Shown: positions 60,639 to 64,000 of the stretch, in pieces
Numbering within the stretch: the stretch's first letter is position 1
Layout of the letters: every line of letters starts with the position of its first letter
From: Candidatus Spechtbacteria bacterium RIFCSPHIGHO2_02_FULL_43_15b
GTDB lineage: Bacteria; Patescibacteriota; Minisyncoccia; Spechtbacterales; HO2-43-30
Assembly (NCBI GenBank): GCA_001819985.1
Contig: MHOE01000013.1
Location: 1,088-65,087 of the forward strand
Direction of reading: 5' to 3'
DNA length: 64,000 nucleotides
Notes under the pieces: model-generated
Told to the model about the DNA's origin: nothing
Seen by the model: only the letters and a program-made list of their open reading frames with translations
Database searches by the model: none
Program-made: the position numbers and the translations under genes

Positions 60639-61235
60639 TTAGATTTTACCTTCGGATATTAGTTTTATGCAACCCGCCAAAAGCAAATCTTCTTTTTTAT
60701 GAATCGCTTCAGCTAATTCTTCGACAGAATCAAACCCTATTGAATCAATCTCAAATTGACTGATTATAGCGCCGGTATCCATTCCCTCATCGACGAAATG
60801 GACAGTACACCCGGCTTTCAAATCTTCGTGGCGGTTGCGCCACTGCTCTTCTATCGCCCTATCCCCGTCTCCCCGATATTTGGGCAAAAGCGATGGATGA
60901 ACATTTACAATACGGCCCGCGTACGCTTTAACGAAACTTTCCGGCATCAAAACGCGCCAACCCGCCATTATCACAAAATCTACGCCTGAATCATCCAACA
61001 TACGCCGAACATTTCCCGTAAAAATTTCTCTGCCTCCCGCTTTATTTTTGTAGTTTGACCATTCGAGAACTCCAGTGTTTATTCCGTTTTCTCGCGCGCG
61101 AGAAATTCCAATCCCATTTCCGATACAGCTTAAAACTAAAACAATATTTATATTGGAAATACTTTTTACTGATTCTAAAATTCGAGGAACTCTGGAACCC
61201 CTTCCCACTAAAAGAGCTAATCGCTTATATTTCAT
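60639..61235 (-). CDS. purN: Phosphoribosylglycinamide formyltransferase
   Basis: GRGS; MAGW; NVHPSLLPKYRG; GCTVHFVDEGMDTG. Confidence 0.85.
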   Translation of the reverse strand: MKYKRLALLVGRGSRVPRILESVKSISNINIVLVLSCIGNGIGISRARENGINTGVLEWSNYKNKAGGREIFTGNVRRMLDDSGVDFVIMAGWRVLMPESFVKAYAGRIVNVHPSLLPKYRGDGDRAIEEQWRNRHEDLKAGCTVHFVDEGMDTGAIISQFEIDSIGFDSVEELAEAIHKKEDLLLAGCIKLISEGKI

Positions 61236-61317
61236 AAATTCCTCCTTTATTATCCATACGCAAATCTTGTTTTAATTTTCCTTTTACAAAAAATCGCGTT
61301 ATTGCAGAAAATTCATT

Positions 61318-61947
61318 TTATTTTACCTTAAATATATCCGCTATTTCTTTTGCGCTCACCGGCCCTACTCTAAGAATTCTTGGTTTGCCCTGACTTAAAT
61401 CCAGAATAGTGGATGCCTGCCCTTGCTCTAAAACTCCTGCATCTATTATCAGATCCGGCCTAAAAGTTTCTTTTCTAAACCGTTCATAAACTTTCGCGGC
61501 ATCGGTCATCGGTTCTTCCCCTGAAATATTTGCCGAAGTTGAAGTTATGGGGCCGTTAAACGCTCTTATAAGCGCGATGCAAAAATCATTATTTGGCATC
61601 CTTAGAGATATTGTGTCTTTTCCCGATGTTATCCAATTCGGCACTATGTCTCTTTTCTTCAAAACAACGCTTACGCTTCCAGGCCAAATGGCTTTTAGAA
61701 TTTTTTCAGCCGACGAATCAATATAAGCAAGCTTTTTCGCCATTGCTATATTTTTCACTATCAACGGCACTGCTTTTTCCGAGGGGCGTTTTTTGATTCG
61801 AAACAAACGCCTCATTATAAAATCGTCAAACGGATTAACGCCGAGCCCATACACCGTGTCGGTAGGATACACTATCGAACCGCTGTGTTTCAACGTTGAA
61901 ATCGCTTGCTCGATCGCAGTTTTTTCTGAAAGCTTGATAATCTTCAT
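61318..61947 (-). CDS. tsaC: Threonylcarbamoyl-AMP synthase (TsaC/Sua5)
   Basis: YPTDTVYGLG; KKRP; WPG; TSTSANISG. Confidence 0.94.
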   Translation of the reverse strand: MKIIKLSEKTAIEQAISTLKHSGSIVYPTDTVYGLGVNPFDDFIMRRLFRIKKRPSEKAVPLIVKNIAMAKKLAYIDSSAEKILKAIWPGSVSVVLKKRDIVPNWITSGKDTISLRMPNNDFCIALIRAFNGPITSTSANISGEEPMTDAAKVYERFRKETFRPDLIIDAGVLEQGQASTILDLSQGKPRILRVGPVSAKEIADIFKVK

Positions 61948-62003
61948 ATGTTAAATTCGCATGATAAAAACCAATAGAAAACGAGGGCTCTTTCGATTCC
62001 CGA

Positions 62004-62999
62004 TTATCCCTCGACAATCCCCATTATAATCTTCGCAACCCTCTTTGAATCATGCAAGAATGGATTTCTATTTTTAGCCATTGGGTCTGACTTTATAATT
62101 TCTTTTGGCGATAATCTGGCAATCTCTCCGCCGATAAATCTTTTGTCGCCTTTCTCGCTCTCGTTTGCCAAAAGGGCGTGCGAAAGCGCGGAATTCTTAT
62201 ACTTTTTCAGAATTTTATCCGGAATAGACGCTGTGTTGTGTATAATGTAATCAAATTTGACTCCGCCCGCGTATTTTGAAATCTGCCTTTCAAAATCGCT
62301 TATTGAAAATTTATCCGTATGACCCGGCTGGGTGAAAAGATTTGCTATGTATATTTTCTTCGCGCCCGAATTTTTGAATGAATCTCTTATTTCTCTAACG
62401 AGAAAATTAGGGATAACGCTCGAGAAAAGATTGCCCGGCCCTACGATTATAACATCAGCGTTTTTTATCGCTGAAATCGCCTTTGGATTTGCCTTTGTCG
62501 CGGCGGGAGAAATCATCATTCTCTTTAGCTTTTCGCCGACAATTCTCGATCTTGTTATGCTTTTTTCACCGACGATTTCGCTCCCGTCTGAAAATTTAGC
62601 CACTAAATTAACCGGCCTCAATGTCGCCGGAATTAACGATCCTTTAGCGCCCGCTAAAACCAGAAGCTCATCTATCGCTTGCTGAAAATCTTTGTTTTTT
62701 TGGTAAAAAAGAGTGATTAAAAGATTGCCAAGAGTGTGCCCCTGCAAAGACCCCTCCTGAAAACGATCGTTCAAATAGCCGTAATTCCTAGACGCGAGAG
62801 CAACAAGGCACTGGCGTATATCTCCGGGGGGGATCATCTCGAATTCGTCTCGTAGTTTACCCGAAGAGCCGCCGTTATCCGCGGTTGTAATGATAGCCGA
62901 AAGGTTTACCGGATATTTTTTTAGGCCTTCGAGCACCGCGGATGTTCCACTGCCGCCGCCTATTATAACTACACTTTTGTATTCGCTGGAGTTTTTCAT
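62004..62999 (-). CDS. yvcK: YvcK/CofD-like (UPF0052) protein
   Basis: IGGGSG; ADNGGSSGKLR; PPGDIRQCL; GHTLGNL; GPGNLFSSVIPN. Confidence 0.9.
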   Translation of the reverse strand: MKNSSEYKSVVIIGGGSGTSAVLEGLKKYPVNLSAIITTADNGGSSGKLRDEFEMIPPGDIRQCLVALASRNYGYLNDRFQEGSLQGHTLGNLLITLFYQKNKDFQQAIDELLVLAGAKGSLIPATLRPVNLVAKFSDGSEIVGEKSITRSRIVGEKLKRMMISPAATKANPKAISAIKNADVIIVGPGNLFSSVIPNFLVREIRDSFKNSGAKKIYIANLFTQPGHTDKFSISDFERQISKYAGGVKFDYIIHNTASIPDKILKKYKNSALSHALLANESEKGDKRFIGGEIARLSPKEIIKSDPMAKNRNPFLHDSKRVAKIIMGIVEG

Positions 63000-63129
63000 A
63001 AAAATATTATACAATGAAATGATAAAATATTCAAGTTTAATGACCGCCGCGCGAACTCTATGAATATTATCACGAAAACTATCCGCGTAAAAGTAAAAAG
63101 CCCTCGTTGAGGACTTTTAACGCTTCGCG

Positions 63130-63660
63130 TTAATCTTCTGGATTATTACTTCTCCTTAACCTTGACTTCTTCGCGTCTTCTACGCGTTTTCGCGTATCCG
63201 CATCCAAACGCATTTCCGAAATAACAAGCGTGATTCTTTTTCCCCAATGCGCCAGATTGTTTGGCAAAAAATTATCGATGCCTTCTGCGGAACACTCAAA
63301 TTCTGAAATACAATGAACGAGACTCACTTTACCATCGAGATCTTTAATCGCCCAAGCACGAATAGTTTCCAGATTCTCCACATTCCTATGAGCTTCAAAT
63401 AGATATTCTTCTAAGGACTCGCCTTCTTTTGATTGCTTCTCGTCTTCCCTGTTAAGGACCCCCGCCACGCGCAACAGATCGCGCAGTGTTTGTTCCCGCA
63501 TTTTTACGCAGAGTGCTAAAAATGACATCAGCTTTTTTTGTTCCAAAAACCTTGCGGCTGAATCTTGCTTTCCTGATGGCGAAAACCCGTGAGCTTTGAA
63601 ATCTTCGAGCATCTCGCCCAGGAAAAAATACAACGCCTTCTCTCTAGCTCCCAATTCCAT
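63130..63660 (-). CDS. Hypothetical protein
   Basis: ORF with protein-like composition; terminator-like hairpin at ~63096-63118. Confidence 0.55.
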   Translation of the reverse strand: MELGAREKALYFFLGEMLEDFKAHGFSPSGKQDSAARFLEQKKLMSFLALCVKMREQTLRDLLRVAGVLNREDEKQSKEGESLEEYLFEAHRNVENLETIRAWAIKDLDGKVSLVHCISEFECSAEGIDNFLPNNLAHWGKRITLVISEMRLDADTRKRVEDAKKSRLRRSNNPED

Positions 63661-63784
63661 TTTTGAAACCCCCAACTTACAAGTTCATTGAGAATAATAG
63701 GCATAAAAGTATAATCCGTCAAGCATTGTAAACATAAAAGCCGCGATATTACACGGCTTTTCAACACGAATTTGAAAAAATTAT

Positions 63785-63952
63785 TTATCCATCGGTCGCG
63801 TCTATCGTTGGGTCTGATCCCCCAAAATCCGGGATTAGACAGTTCGGGCACTCCGATGGCCTCGTCTGGGGCCGATCCTTTCCGTTCGGATCCCGAACCG
63901 GAGGAATCCAAGAAAAATTTCTGCGGCATATGTTACAGAACCATCCTGCCAT
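63785..63952 (-). CDS. 55-aa rubredoxin/zinc-ribbon-like microprotein (not in ORF track)
   Basis: MAGWFCNICRRNFSWIPPVRDPNGKDRPQTRPSECPNCLIPDFGGSDPTIDATDG; SD GGGGAGG; TATAGT upstream. Confidence 0.7.
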   Translation of the reverse strand: MAGWFCNICRRNFSWIPPVRDPNGKDRPQTRPSECPNCLIPDFGGSDPTIDATDG

Positions 63953-64000
63953 GATTTGCCTCCCCTTTTCAAAATTTGTTAAAACTATAATACCACAAAG

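Noticed and set aside
61888-61901. Palindrome tttcaacgttgaaa near parAB as a parS site
   Set aside because: Does not match the 16-bp TGTTTCACGTGAAACA spacing and lies within tsaC coding sequence
63780-63950. GC-rich patch as ncRNA; track ORFs 63528-63929 and 63772-63954
   Set aside because: Better explained by the SD-led 55-aa CxxC ORF in another frame

Overview
A 64-kb chromosomal segment of a bacterium that looks like Patescibacteria/CPR (Parcubacteria-like). This is inferred from the missing rpmD between rpsE and rplO, split comEC, archaeal-type pyrH, short Mfd, a T4SS-coupling-like ATPase and CPR-type hypotheticals. Positions 1-15.7 kb hold the str-S10-spc ribosomal supercluster on the minus strand (rpsL to partial secY). 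The rest is housekeeping genes (rpmB, pyrH, ndk, comEC x2, class II RNR, ftsZ/ftsA, ybeY, rpsU, hisS, lepB, pth, mfd, dprA, topA, rel, parAB, purN, tsaC, yvcK, tRNA-Pro, tRNA-Leu) interleaved with small accessory cassettes. No CRISPR array, rRNA, integrase or transposase was seen. Best leads: (1) an unannotated ~530-nt multi-hairpin RNA with a perfect sigma70 promoter between ftsZ and nrdJ; (2) a second, CetZ-like tubulin gene paired with a membrane protein and inserted between the comEC halves; (3) two more structured RNAs (one 6S-like, one three-way junction between pth and mfd); (4) a Phd-like protein with an SSB-type C-terminal tail inside the str operon; (5) two Cys-rich microproteins missed by the ORF track. 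All calls come from motif recognition and manual base-pairing; no database searches were run.
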